Positions 9,576 to 19,436 of a DNA stretch of 59,504 nucleotides are shown here, in pieces. The DNA is from an uncultured Muribaculaceae bacterium (GTDB lineage Bacteria; Bacillota_I; Bacilli_A; RF39; UBA660): positions 1-59,504 of the forward strand of contig CAZVUK010000002.1 of assembly GCA_964630225.1 (NCBI GenBank), written 5' to 3'. Under the pieces are notes generated by a model. That model was not told the DNA's origin. It saw nothing but the letters and a program-made list of their open reading frames with translations, and did not search any database. Numbering within the stretch: position 1 is the first letter of the stretch; the number at the start of each line of letters is the position of its first letter. The position numbers were made by a program, and so were the translations under genes.

Positions 9576-11644
9576 TATTGTTTAGCTTTTTCTTTAACTG
9601 CCTCTAAGTTAAAGTCGATACTTAGATGATCTTCGTCATAGCTGCACGCTTTAACCAGTATTTCATCAGCTACTGAAAGTTCTAGTTTACACTGTTTGCT
9701 CTTTAAGCTATGACCATTAAAATATGTATCAAGAGGAAGAGAATCAAACGAAATTCTTCCAGATATTAGATTATCTGTTCTAATTTCGATACCATCGTTA
9801 TCTAAATCCATTATATTAGCTGTAAATACTTCGTCAGGATGCTCTTTAATATATTCTATACACTTTAATTTAAAAACATCACTTTCCGCTCTAGCTGCTT
9901 CACGTTCTTTTTTTGAAGCATGAAATGAAGCTTTGGCTAGGTAGTCCTTAATGTTATTTAGTTTTCGCTTATCTAGCGTCTTATCTAAATGTTCTTTAAT
10001 CACGGTATGAATTAGTAAGTCAGGCAGCCTTCTAATGGGTGATGTGAAATGTGTATATATTTCTGACCCAAGTCCAAAATGACCACAGTTATCGACCGAA
10101 TATTTAGCTTTCGGCATAGATCTTAAAATATAAGATGAAGTAACTGGATAATCTTTGCAAAGTGAACACTGCGCTAATAGTACTTGATAAAGTTTATTAA
10201 TATCGCGAAGATGAAGGCCCTTTAAACTATGTCCTAACTTCTCGATACTGTCAATTACTTTATCGATAGTCTTATCATCTGGTTCTTCATGAACGCGATA
10301 GACAAAAGGCAAGTTCTCATGAAGACCAAACTCGCTAGCGACCACTTCGTTAGTACAAATCATAAAGTTTTCGATAATCTCTTCGGCGGCCTTTTGCTCA
10401 CGTTTACTTATCGACAGAATCTCGCCGTTTTCTCCGAAGGAGAGCTTAGATTCATTAGAGTCAAAATCAAGCTTACCACGAGCTTTAGTTTTACTGTTTA
10501 ATAATTTTGATAGCTTTCTAGCCAGCGTTATTTCATTAAGATAATCTTCATAAGCATCGGCAACTTTTCCTTCTTCGATTATTTTATTAACATCTTCATA
10601 AGTCATTTTCATCTTTGAATTTATGACTGATTTAAAGATGTCGTAAGCGATTATGTTAGCTCTACTATCTATTTCAATAATGCAGCTTAGTGCTAAACGA
10701 TCAACGCCAGGATTAAGTGAACATATCCCATTAGATAACTGATGAGGAATCATTGGAATAACCGAATTAGCTAAATAGACGCTTGTTCCTCTTTGATAAG
10801 CATCTTTAAATAAACTTGAATCTTTGTGTACGTAGTGACTGACATCAGCGATGTGAACTCCAAGTTCAAAATTACCATTATCTAATAGTCTAATCGATAT
10901 AGCATCATCTATATCTTTAGTATCTATACCGTCTATCGTAAAAATTTTTTCATCTCTTAGATCGACTCTATCGTTTATATATTCACCACTTATATCACTT
11001 GGAATGTTTTTAAGTTCATCTATCGCTTCTTTTGAAAAGTTAATATCAATGTTATGAGCAAGAGCAATTTGTTTAATCTTGATATTTGGATCATCTCTAT
11101 GTCCTACAACTGAATCAAGCTTACCTTCATAATAGCCATTTCGTATTTGAGTACCAACATTTACATAAATAATGTCCCCATCAACTAAATGATCATCATC
11201 ACTTAGTTTTAATTTTATACTATTGCCAATCGGCCTAAAGCATTTATTTACTCCGTCATCAATCACTTCAAAAAGAGCTCTTTCATCGTCTCTTTTAATA
11301 ATCTTTTTGATCTCGCCTTGTTTTCTTCCGAAAAGTTCAACAACGACAGTGTCATATTCTTTAACTCCACATAAGTCACAGTTTAAAAATAGTCTTTCAC
11401 CATCGTTATTAATTATATATTTATGCCCTTTAGAATTTGTAAAAACCTGTCCAACTTTAAAACTAGAAGACATTATTTTATATCCTTCGTCTAAATGTAA
11501 AATTCTACCTTCTAACTCCATTTTTGAAAGAGTATCACAAACAGTTATATATTCTTCGTTACATAGGTCAGCTATATCTTTTAAAAAAAGTGAATTGCCT
11601 TTCTGTTTTCTTAAAATGTCAATTATCAACTTCTCTAAATTCAT
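9560..11644 (-). CDS. rnr: Ribonuclease R (RNase II/R family 3'-5' exoribonuclease)
   Basis: RNB-domain motifs FTIDGIDTKDIDDAISI and HFGLGSEIYTHFTSPIRRLPDLLIH, with a C-terminal S1-like region. 694 aa. SD ggagg precedes ATG 11644. Confidence 0.92.
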   Translation of the reverse strand: MNLEKLIIDILRKQKGNSLFLKDIADLCNEEYITVCDTLSKMELEGRILHLDEGYKIMSSSFKVGQVFTNSKGHKYIINNDGERLFLNCDLCGVKEYDTVVVELFGRKQGEIKKIIKRDDERALFEVIDDGVNKCFRPIGNSIKLKLSDDDHLVDGDIIYVNVGTQIRNGYYEGKLDSVVGHRDDPNIKIKQIALAHNIDINFSKEAIDELKNIPSDISGEYINDRVDLRDEKIFTIDGIDTKDIDDAISIRLLDNGNFELGVHIADVSHYVHKDSSLFKDAYQRGTSVYLANSVIPMIPHQLSNGICSLNPGVDRLALSCIIEIDSRANIIAYDIFKSVINSKMKMTYEDVNKIIEEGKVADAYEDYLNEITLARKLSKLLNSKTKARGKLDFDSNESKLSFGENGEILSISKREQKAAEEIIENFMICTNEVVASEFGLHENLPFVYRVHEEPDDKTIDKVIDSIEKLGHSLKGLHLRDINKLYQVLLAQCSLCKDYPVTSSYILRSMPKAKYSVDNCGHFGLGSEIYTHFTSPIRRLPDLLIHTVIKEHLDKTLDKRKLNNIKDYLAKASFHASKKEREAARAESDVFKLKCIEYIKEHPDEVFTANIMDLDNDGIEIRTDNLISGRISFDSLPLDTYFNGHSLKSKQCKLELSVADEILVKACSYDEDHLSIDFNLEAVKEKAKQYKKSK

Positions 11645-11745
11645 AGTAAACCTCCAATTAAGTTATTATAATATCAAAAATAAATAATTTTGTAAATTGT
11701 AAAATTAATTTTTGTTTTATGATACAATAATTCTTAGGTGATGAT

Positions 11746-12363
11746 ATGCAGCAAATTATGATTAATTTAATAAATGACTTTGGATATCTAGGTATCTTTC
11801 TTCTAATAACGATTGAAAATGTTTTTCCGCCAATTCCTTCGGAAGTAATTTTAACCTTCGGTGGCTTTATGACAACTACGACTAAGATGAGTATTGTAGG
11901 TGTTATCTTCTGGGCAACTTTAGGCGCAGTCGTCGGGGCCATAATTCTTTATTATGTTGGTAAGATTTTTAATAAGGAACGCTTAAAGAAGTTTACTCAT
12001 ACTAAACTAGGTAAGTTTATCAGACTGAAAGAAAAAGATATAGATCTAGCCGATAAGTGGTTTGATACCCAAGGAGCTAAAGCTGTTTTAATCGGTCGAT
12101 GTGTGCCGATCGTGCGCAGTTTGATTTCTATTCCAGCTGGAATGAGTGCTATGCCTTGGCCCAAATTTTTATTATATACGACCATTGGTAGTGCTGTATG
12201 GAATACAGTTTTAGTTGTTCTTGGAGCCCAAGCAGGTAAGAACTGGGAGTCGATAGTAAGTGCTATCGATAAATATAAATATTTAACAATAGCTGTTTTA
12301 GCGGTTGTTGCTCTAGTATTTTTATACATATATATAAAAGGAAGAAAGAAAAATGTTAAGTAG
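11746..12363 (+). CDS. DedA-family (SNARE-associated) membrane protein
   Basis: Motifs ENVFPPIPSEVIL and GRCVPIVRSLISIPAG are typical of DedA. 205 aa, multi-TM. Confidence 0.85.
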   Translation: MQQIMINLINDFGYLGIFLLITIENVFPPIPSEVILTFGGFMTTTTKMSIVGVIFWATLGAVVGAIILYYVGKIFNKERLKKFTHTKLGKFIRLKEKDIDLADKWFDTQGAKAVLIGRCVPIVRSLISIPAGMSAMPWPKFLLYTTIGSAVWNTVLVVLGAQAGKNWESIVSAIDKYKYLTIAVLAVVALVFLYIYIKGRKKNVK

Positions 12364-12436
12364 TTTTACTTTTTAGGAATTTTTATTATAATAGTAATAT
12401 GATATAATTTATATATCTATAGAAAGGAGAAAAGTT

Positions 12437-12745
12437 ATGGCAGTAATTAAGCTAGAAAGCAAAGATTTTAAAGCTGAAGTTCTAGAAGCTAAAGGAAAAG
12501 TCTTAGTTGACTTCTACGCCGATTGGTGTGGACCTTGCCGCATGATGGGACCGGTTTTTGAAGAGCTTTCAAATGAAAAAGAAAATGTCAAATTTTACAA
12601 GCTAAACGTTGATGAAAGTGGTGAAATAGCTCAACAATATGGAGTTATGAGTATCCCGACATTCATTGTATTTGAAGATGGTCAGATTGTTAACAAGATG
12701 ATCGGAGGCCGTTCTAAAGATGAGCTGGCTAAATCAGTAGAGTAA
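12437..12745 (+). CDS. trxA: Thioredoxin
   Basis: WCGPC active site; 102 aa. Strong SD aaaggaga. Confidence 0.93.
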   Translation: MAVIKLESKDFKAEVLEAKGKVLVDFYADWCGPCRMMGPVFEELSNEKENVKFYKLNVDESGEIAQQYGVMSIPTFIVFEDGQIVNKMIGGRSKDELAKSVE

Positions 12746-12754
12746 GGAGTATAT

Positions 12755-12868
12755 ATGTATATTTGTGATGTATGCGCATTTCAAGTGGAAGGACCAGTTG
12801 CGGAAGGTTATATCTGTCCCGTCTGTGGAGTCGATCATACTCATTTCCATCCTGTAGAAAGTGAGTAA
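12755..12868 (+). CDS. Small rubredoxin-like / zinc-ribbon protein (37 aa)
   Basis: Below the ORF-track size cutoff. SD aaggag (12744-12749), ATG 12755. My translation is MYICDVCAFQVEGPVAEGYICPVCGVDHTHFHPVESE, with two CxxC knuckles (YICDVC ... YICPVCG). Confidence 0.5.
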   Translation: MYICDVCAFQVEGPVAEGYICPVCGVDHTHFHPVESE

Positions 12869-12873
12869 TAAAG

Positions 12874-12966
12874 ATGAACATAAAACTATTTTTATATATC
12901 ATTCTAGCAATCATGGCAATCGCAGCAATTACGCTATTCATCATTGCCAAAAATAAGACAAAATAA
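12874..12966 (+). CDS. Possible 30-aa single-TM micropeptide
   Basis: ATG 12874 lies 5 nt after the previous stop. Translation MNIKLFLYIILAIMAIAAITLFIIAKNKTK. Immediately followed by a terminator. No clear SD of its own. Confidence 0.3.
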   Translation: MNIKLFLYIILAIMAIAAITLFIIAKNKTK

Positions 12967-12990
12967 AGTTGATTATATCAACTTTTTTGT
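12965..12990 (+). terminator. Rho-independent terminator of the trxA unit
   Basis: 9-bp stem aaagttgat / atcaacttt with loop tat, followed by a T-run. Confidence 0.65.
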
Positions 12991-12998
12991 TGGCAATA

Positions 12999-13007
12999 TG
13001 GTATAAT
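12999..13007 (+). promoter_or_regulatory. Candidate extended -10 (TGgTATAAT) for the 13.0-23.3 kb operon
   Basis: tggtataat sits 27 nt upstream of ATG 13034, directly after the terminator. The -35 is weak. Confidence 0.4.
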
Positions 13008-13033
13008 AAGGGCGAAGAAAAGCGAGGCATAAG

Positions 13034-13735
13034 ATGGCATATATAGAATTTAATAATGTAGTAAAAGAATATCGTATGGGCGAAGTTGCAATAAGAGCTG
13101 TCGATGAAAGTAGTTTTGCCATCGATAAGGGCGAACTCGTAGTAATCGTCGGTCCAAGTGGAGCGGGAAAGACAACCGCTTTAAACCTTTTAGGAGGCAT
13201 GGATAATGCAAGTAGCGGTCAAATTATTTTTGATGGTGAAGATATAACTGCCTATAATAAGAAGAAGCTGACTCTCTACCGCCGTAACGATATCGGTTTT
13301 GTCTTTCAATTTTATAATCTTGTTCCCAATCTAACAGCGCTTGAAAATGTCGAATTGGCAACTCAAATTAGAAAGAATCACTTAAGTCCTAAAAAAACTT
13401 TGGAAAAAGTCGGTTTAAAAGATCGGATGAACAATTTTCCATCACAGTTATCAGGAGGGGAGCAGCAACGCGTAGCTATAGCTAGAGCCATTGCTAAGAA
13501 TCCTAAACTTTTACTTTGTGATGAACCAACCGGAGCGCTTGATTATGTTACAGGAAAACAGATCCTCAAGCTTTTACAAGATACAGCAAGACAAGAAAAA
13601 ATGACAGTGGTCATAATTACTCACAATACCGCGATTACCCCGATGGCTGATAAAGTAATAAGTTTTAAAAACGGTAAAGTAGAACGCATATCTGTCAATA
13701 TGACTCCAACTTCGATAGAGGAGATCGAGTGGTAA
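13034..13735 (+). CDS. ABC transporter ATP-binding protein (MacB/LolD/FtsE-like)
   Basis: Walker [10 protein letters not shown], signature [14 protein letters not shown], Walker B LLLCDEPT. 233 aa. Confidence 0.9.
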   Translation: MAYIEFNNVVKEYRMGEVAIRAVDESSFAIDKGELVVIVGPSGAGKTTALNLLGGMDNASSGQIIFDGEDITAYNKKKLTLYRRNDIGFVFQFYNLVPNLTALENVELATQIRKNHLSPKKTLEKVGLKDRMNNFPSQLSGGEQQRVAIARAIAKNPKLLLCDEPTGALDYVTGKQILKLLQDTARQEKMTVVIITHNTAITPMADKVISFKNGKVERISVNMTPTSIEEIEW

Positions 13736-16083
13736 TGAATAAAATACTACTTAAAGACACTGCTAGATCGATAAGAAAAAGAATGAAGATTTTTTTATCG
13801 ATAATGATAATGGCTTTTTTAGGAGTCGGTTTTTATTCTGGCTTAAAGATAACAGCCCCTAATATGGCTCTAACGCAGAAGAAGTATTTTGATAAAACTA
13901 ATATGTATGATCTTCAGGTATATACAAAAGAAGGAATCTTTAATAATGAAGATATAGAAAAAATCAAGCAATTAGATGCTTTTAAAGAATATCAAGAAGA
14001 TTTTTCAGTTGATAGTGAGATTAAATTAAATGATAAAAACAAAATAGTTAAGATAATTACTTCAAACGATAAACTTAATAAAGTTATCGCAAGTAAGGGG
14101 AGTAAGACCGTAAAAAAAGGCACAGTCCTTTTAGATAGAATGTTAGCTAAAACGGAAAAAGCTAAAATCGGTGACAAACTTTACTTAAATCATCAATTGT
14201 TTCAAAAAAATGAATATGAAATAATCGGTTTTGTTGATTCACCTCTATATATATCATTAGAGCGAGGGACTACGACAATAGGAACTGGTAAATTAGATGG
14301 TTTCATCTATTTATCCAAAGAAGATTTAACAAATGAAATGGTATCTTCTATATATATATACTTTGAAAAAGACGCGTCTGTTTTTGCCAAGTCTTATAAA
14401 AAACAAATAGCGGAATTTAAAAAAGAAGTTAAAGCTATAAATAAAAATTATATTGTTATGACTAGAAGTGATAACTACGGAGCATCAATATTTGATGATG
14501 ATGTTAAACGCATCTCTAACATTGCCACCCTTTTCCCCGTAATATTTTTTCTAGTTGCAGCACTCATATCACTTACTTCAACCACGAGAATGGTCGAAGA
14601 AGAACGTGTTCAAATAGGAACGCTTAAAGCTCTCGGCTATAAAAATAGTAATATTTTAGCTAAATATGTGACCTTTGCTATGCTCGCTTCATTAATTGGT
14701 GGAACATTAGGTTTTTTAGTGGGTGTTAGAGCCTTACCTATCATGGTCTATTCGATGTATAGAACAATGTATAATATGAAAAATATAGCTTTGTCAAACA
14801 ATATGATTTATCCTTTGCTTGGTACTTTATTTTTAACTGCTTCAGTAGTTGGAGCAACTATTTATTCATGCATGAAAGAACTAAGAATTAAACCAGCTCA
14901 GTTGATGAGACCTAAAGCTCCAAAGCATGGCAAGAGAGTTTTAATTGAAAGATATAAACCGCTTTGGAAAAGATTATCTTTTACTTCAAAAGTAACTTTG
15001 CGTAATCTTTTTCGATATAAGAAAAGATTTGTCATGACTGTCGCCGGAGTTGCTGGTTGTATGTCTTTAATTATCGCTGGTTTTGGTCTTCGCCAATCTG
15101 TTAGTTCAGTTATAATAAGACAGTATGAAGATATCTTTGTCTATAACTTAATGCTTATCAGCAAAAACAAAATCGATACAAGCCAGATGCAATGGATAAA
15201 CGAATATCCAGTATCAACTTACGAAACAGCAAGCAAAAGTTTAATTTTAATCAAAGATAAGAAAAAAGTAAATGATGTTATGCTCTTCACAATTAATCCT
15301 GAATATGATGAGTATATTAAACTTCGTCATAAGAAAAAAGAACTTAAACTAAAAGACGATGAAGTAGCTCTAAGCAAAAAGGCAGCTAGTTTGTTATCAG
15401 TTAAAGCAGGAGATACAATTAAGATAAAAAGTGGCAATGAAGAAAGGTATGTAAAAATAGATCTCATTGTCGATAACTATATACTTCATTACATATATAT
15501 GAGTTCTGACAAGTATGAGTCTATCTTTAGTAAAAAGTTAGGTAATAATGCTTTATTAATTAAATATAATAAGAGCTTAGATGAAAATAAACTCAGTAAA
15601 AAAATCCTCGAAGGAGATAATATTGCTACGCTTCAGTCGATGGCTGAAAACAAGAAAAGTTTAGATGATGTTATGAAAAACTTGAACTATGTAGCTATTA
15701 TTTTAATAGTAGCAGCCGCCGCCTTGGCTCTCGCAGTATTATATACTCTTTCTAACGTCAATATAAGTGAACGTATTAGAGAGGTTGCCACCATCAAAGT
15801 TTTAGGCTTTAAAGATAACGAAGTATATAATTATATAGCCAAAGAAAACACTATTTTAGTAGCTATCGGTATCTTATTTGGAATCATCAGTGGTTACTTT
15901 GTTAACGCCATGATATTAAAAACAGCAGAAATAGATATGATCCTTTTACCTACCGATATACCTTGGTATTATTATCTCTTATCCGTATTGATAACAATTG
16001 TTTTTAGTTATATTGTATCAGTGATGAATTATTTTGCTTTAAAAAAAGTAAATATGATAGAATCACTTAAAAGTGTGGAGTAA
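13735..16083 (+). CDS. ABC transporter permease with duplicated FtsX-type domains and large extracytoplasmic loops
   Basis: TAATG overlap with the ATPase gene. About 782 aa. Two TM bundles (about aa 270-390 and 650-780), each preceded by a large soluble segment, which is the MacB/FtsX-type layout. Confidence 0.85.
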   Translation: MNKILLKDTARSIRKRMKIFLSIMIMAFLGVGFYSGLKITAPNMALTQKKYFDKTNMYDLQVYTKEGIFNNEDIEKIKQLDAFKEYQEDFSVDSEIKLNDKNKIVKIITSNDKLNKVIASKGSKTVKKGTVLLDRMLAKTEKAKIGDKLYLNHQLFQKNEYEIIGFVDSPLYISLERGTTTIGTGKLDGFIYLSKEDLTNEMVSSIYIYFEKDASVFAKSYKKQIAEFKKEVKAINKNYIVMTRSDNYGASIFDDDVKRISNIATLFPVIFFLVAALISLTSTTRMVEEERVQIGTLKALGYKNSNILAKYVTFAMLASLIGGTLGFLVGVRALPIMVYSMYRTMYNMKNIALSNNMIYPLLGTLFLTASVVGATIYSCMKELRIKPAQLMRPKAPKHGKRVLIERYKPLWKRLSFTSKVTLRNLFRYKKRFVMTVAGVAGCMSLIIAGFGLRQSVSSVIIRQYEDIFVYNLMLISKNKIDTSQMQWINEYPVSTYETASKSLILIKDKKKVNDVMLFTINPEYDEYIKLRHKKKELKLKDDEVALSKKAASLLSVKAGDTIKIKSGNEERYVKIDLIVDNYILHYIYMSSDKYESIFSKKLGNNALLIKYNKSLDENKLSKKILEGDNIATLQSMAENKKSLDDVMKNLNYVAIILIVAAAALALAVLYTLSNVNISERIREVATIKVLGFKDNEVYNYIAKENTILVAIGILFGIISGYFVNAMILKTAEIDMILLPTDIPWYYYLLSVLITIVFSYIVSVMNYFALKKVNMIESLKSVE

Positions 16084-16086
16084 ATT

Positions 16087-16950
16087 ATGTTAGAAATTAA
16101 AAAGCTATCTAAATCATATGGAAAAGTCAAAGCTGTAAAAACTATTTCTTTAACTGTCGCAAAGGGTGAAATATTTGGTTTTATCGGTCCTAATGGAGCT
16201 GGTAAATCAACAACTATTAGATCGATTATGAATTTTATTAATAAAGATTCAGGGAAAGTTATTTTCGCTGGTAAAGAGCTCTTAAAAGATGATAAAGAGA
16301 GCTATGAAAAAATTGGTTATCTTCCTTCAGAGCTCAATATATACGACGATATCTTAGTAAGAGATCTTCTTACTTATAATGCATCTTTCTATAAAAAAGA
16401 CACTAAGAAAAAAACTGATGAACTAGTAAAATATCTTGATTTAGACACTAGTAAAAAAGTCGAAGAATTATCATTTGGAAATAAAAAGAAATTAGGTATC
16501 GTAATTGCTTTGATGCATGATCCTGAACTGATTATTATGGATGAACCATCTAACGGACTCGATCCTTTGATGCAAGAAAAGTTCTATGATCTATTAAAAA
16601 AAGAGAAAAAACTTGGTCATACCATTTTCTTCTCATCACACAACCTACTTGAAGTATCGAAAGTATGCGATGAAGTAGCCATCATTAAAAATGGTGAAAT
16701 ATTAGTCAAAGAAGATATGAAAAAGTTTATGAAAAGTAAGATAGTAACTATTAAAAGCAGTGACTTAACAAGACTTCCTCAAAGCCTTATAAAAAACATA
16801 ATACATGAAGAAGCTAATGTTCTAACTTTTCCATATTCTGGCCCTTATAACGACCTATTAGAAAAATTAAGTAAAATAAAAATAGATGATATCAAAATAG
16901 AAGAACCGTCGCTCGAAGATATGTTTTTATCTTATTATAAGGAGGATTAA
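16087..16950 (+). CDS. ABC transporter ATP-binding protein (ABC-2 subfamily type)
   Basis: Walker A GPNGAGKST, signature-like SFGNKKKLGIVIAL, Walker B LIIMDEPSNGLD. Confidence 0.88.
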   Translation: MLEIKKLSKSYGKVKAVKTISLTVAKGEIFGFIGPNGAGKSTTIRSIMNFINKDSGKVIFAGKELLKDDKESYEKIGYLPSELNIYDDILVRDLLTYNASFYKKDTKKKTDELVKYLDLDTSKKVEELSFGNKKKLGIVIALMHDPELIIMDEPSNGLDPLMQEKFYDLLKKEKKLGHTIFFSSHNLLEVSKVCDEVAIIKNGEILVKEDMKKFMKSKIVTIKSSDLTRLPQSLIKNIIHEEANVLTFPYSGPYNDLLEKLSKIKIDDIKIEEPSLEDMFLSYYKED

Positions 16951-17742
16951 ATGTTTAAAAGAGAATTTAAAGTAAATTTCAAATCATTACTTATATGGAC
17001 TGGGGTTATATGTGCTTTATTTTTACTTGTTTATTTAGTTTATCCTAGTATGAGTGATGCCATGAAAGAAGGAGGAATGGATGACCTCTTAAAAGCCTTT
17101 CCTGAAGATATCTTAAAATCTTTCAATATGGATATCATTGCTATCGATACAGCATTTGGTTGGTATAAGACCGAAGGTTATGTCTTTCTCTTGCTGATTG
17201 GTGGTATTTATTCAGCAATGCTTGGAGCTAACATCTACCTAAAAGAAGAAAATGATAAAACAATTGATTTTCTCCTTGCTAAACCGATAAAACGAAAAGA
17301 TATTTTAATCGCAAAAATACTTTGTGGCATTAGCAACATAAGCATTCTTATTGCGATTACAACAATCTTTAACTACTTTGGATTATTATTTAACGGGGAC
17401 TTTGATCAGAAAGTATTCTTTATTGCCTCGATTGCTCCGATCCTAATTTTCTATTCACTTTTTTCAGTAAGTCTATTCATCTCGAGCTTCTTTAGAAGAA
17501 ACAAAAGTGCTGTCAGTCTTTCTATTGGAATAGTATTTATGACATATATTTTTCAAATGATAGGTAATTTATCAGATAAATATTCCTTTCTAAAAAACAT
17601 ATCCTTTTTTGAACTTTCTCCGATAAGATACATAGTATTAAATAGACAATTACCGCTTAGAAATGTTATAATTACTTTAATAATAATGATAATATTTTTT
17701 GGAGCCAGTTATTATAGATATAGCAAAAAAGAATTTATGTAG
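16951..17742 (+). CDS. ABC-2-type transporter permease
   Basis: Starts 1 nt after the ATPase stop. 263 aa with about 6 TM segments. Confidence 0.75.
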   Translation: MFKREFKVNFKSLLIWTGVICALFLLVYLVYPSMSDAMKEGGMDDLLKAFPEDILKSFNMDIIAIDTAFGWYKTEGYVFLLLIGGIYSAMLGANIYLKEENDKTIDFLLAKPIKRKDILIAKILCGISNISILIAITTIFNYFGLLFNGDFDQKVFFIASIAPILIFYSLFSVSLFISSFFRRNKSAVSLSIGIVFMTYIFQMIGNLSDKYSFLKNISFFELSPIRYIVLNRQLPLRNVIITLIIMIIFFGASYYRYSKKEFM

Positions 17743-17749
17743 GTGATTT

Positions 17750-18808
17750 ATGTTTCTATCAGTTTGTACTAATTCAAATCTTTTAAGTGTAATCAGTGTA
17801 GTAAAGTTCTTACTTGATTTAATATGTACGGTAATTCCCATTATTTTAATTATAATGGTAACTTTCGACATAGCTAAAATTGTAATCAGTCCTGATGAGA
17901 AAACGATGTCAGGAGCATCATCTGCTCTTGCCAGAAGAATGATTGCAGCGGCAGCTATTTTCTTTGTTCCTATTTTTGTTAATATTATTACAACTAGAGC
18001 AGAAAAGACAAACTATAATAATACTTCTTGTTGGAAGAATGCCAATACTGTGTCTATTGAACGATTTTCCGCTTTAGAAAAAGAAGCTAAAAAAACAGAA
18101 GAGTTAAAACTAAAAACAGCAAAAGAAGAAGCAAAAGCCATCAGAGAAACGCTCGATAAAGAAAGAGAAAACGAGCGATTAAAGGCCGAGGCTAAAGCTA
18201 AAGACGAAGCATCAAGAGCTTCGGCTACTACGCCGGTAGCGACGCCTGCGACAAACACAAGTAATTATGACCTATTAGCTTCTAGAAATAAAATTAAATA
18301 TTATTATCAAACTGATTATCTAGGTGAGCCTTACGGTAATATAAAACATAAAACGATGGTTTCAAGTGGATGTGGTCCAACTTCGGTTGCCGTCGTTGCA
18401 ACAGCTTTTCTTGGCGAAGCCGGAAACGATCCAATAACGGTCAAAAATTGGATATGTAAACAAGGTGGTTGTTCTAATAATGGTACATACTGGCAACAGA
18501 TGAAAGATTATCTTACTAACAGAGGTCTTAAAGTAGAAGCGATATGGAACAAAACGGCTAATGTCAATACAAGCTTTAGAAATGCCCTTGCTGATAACGC
18601 CCTAATCATTATTCTAGTTAGAGATAATGGTCATTGTTCTAACGAATTCACTAGTGGAGGACATTACTTTGTTCTTACTGGTCTAACAAGTGATGGAAAG
18701 GTCGAAATAGCCGAAGTAAATAGTCGTTCTCGCACTGCAAGAAAATGGAATATGTCTGAACTTACTAGATGTATGAATTCGGCAACGATAGTAAGAGGTA
18801 GGTCATGA
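17750..18808 (+). CDS. Cassette 1 hydrolase: 2-TM N-terminal module, coiled coil, and C39-like (Peptidase_C39_2-type) cysteine peptidase domain
   Basis: N-terminus MFLSVCTNSNLLSVISVVKFLLDLICTVIPIILIIMVTFDIAKIV, then a second TM and an SCWKNAN motif. K/E-rich linker KEAKKTEELKLKTAKEEAKAIRETLDKERENERLKAEAKAK. C-terminal motifs YYQTDY...SSGCGPTSVAVVATAF...GGHYFVLTG. Confidence 0.78.
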   Translation: MFLSVCTNSNLLSVISVVKFLLDLICTVIPIILIIMVTFDIAKIVISPDEKTMSGASSALARRMIAAAAIFFVPIFVNIITTRAEKTNYNNTSCWKNANTVSIERFSALEKEAKKTEELKLKTAKEEAKAIRETLDKERENERLKAEAKAKDEASRASATTPVATPATNTSNYDLLASRNKIKYYYQTDYLGEPYGNIKHKTMVSSGCGPTSVAVVATAFLGEAGNDPITVKNWICKQGGCSNNGTYWQQMKDYLTNRGLKVEAIWNKTANVNTSFRNALADNALIIILVRDNGHCSNEFTSGGHYFVLTGLTSDGKVEIAEVNSRSRTARKWNMSELTRCMNSATIVRGRS

Positions 18809-19428
18809 AAAAAACACTTATATTATCAGTTATACTTTTACTTACAGCTTGCAATGTAGATTATAGAGTAAAATATATAGATGGTAAATTTACCGAGTCA
18901 GCAGTAATTAGCTTACAACTTGATGAAAACTCTGAGACGATGGAAAAAATATCCGGTGGTAATTCCGGAAAAATATTTAAAAATGAAGATGATATTCCCT
19001 ATAATGTTAAATTTTCAACTAATAACAAAATAGAGACACTTGAACTAAATAAGTTTTATGAAAGTAGTAGTTTTCTTAAAACAAGAGCTATTAAGTGTTT
19101 TGAGTATAGTGATGTAAATGAAAGCGATGATTATTATATAATTAGATTATGGGGGGGAATAGGTAAATGTCAGTATGTCGATACAGTTAAATTTACTTTT
19201 GAAACTAATATGGATGTTTATCAGACCAATGCTCATGAAGTTAATATAGATAAGGGCAAATATATATGGAACAATGTAGATGATGGTATAGAAATACAAG
19301 TAAGCAAGAACTTTACAAAAAAAGACACCGAAAAAACAAATACCCCCTTGAGGTTTTTTATAGTTCTTATTGTAACAGCAGTAGCCACGATCATCATCGT
19401 CTTTAAATTAAAGAAAGATAGGGATTAG
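18805..19428 (+). CDS. Cassette 1 lipoprotein with an additional C-terminal TM anchor
   Basis: ATGA overlap with the upstream gene. Lipobox LLLTAC. C-terminal RFFIVLIVTAVATIIIVFKLKKDRD. Paralog of 20428-21051 and 22659-23309. Confidence 0.75.
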   Translation: MKKTLILSVILLLTACNVDYRVKYIDGKFTESAVISLQLDENSETMEKISGGNSGKIFKNEDDIPYNVKFSTNNKIETLELNKFYESSSFLKTRAIKCFEYSDVNESDDYYIIRLWGGIGKCQYVDTVKFTFETNMDVYQTNAHEVNIDKGKYIWNNVDDGIEIQVSKNFTKKDTEKTNTPLRFFIVLIVTAVATIIIVFKLKKDRD

Positions 19429-19436
19429 GAGGAAAT

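Noticed and set aside
11223-11942. ORFs 11223-11687 (+) and 11658-11942 (-)
   Set aside because: They are antisense or overlapping shadows of rnr and of the dedA 5' region. They lack SDs and have low-complexity translations.
18806-18808. Mollicutes-type genetic code (TGA = Trp), given the very low G+C
   Set aside because: TGA clearly terminates well-supported genes (e.g. 18806-18808 and 4421-4423) exactly at translationally coupled junctions, and long ORFs contain no internal TGA.
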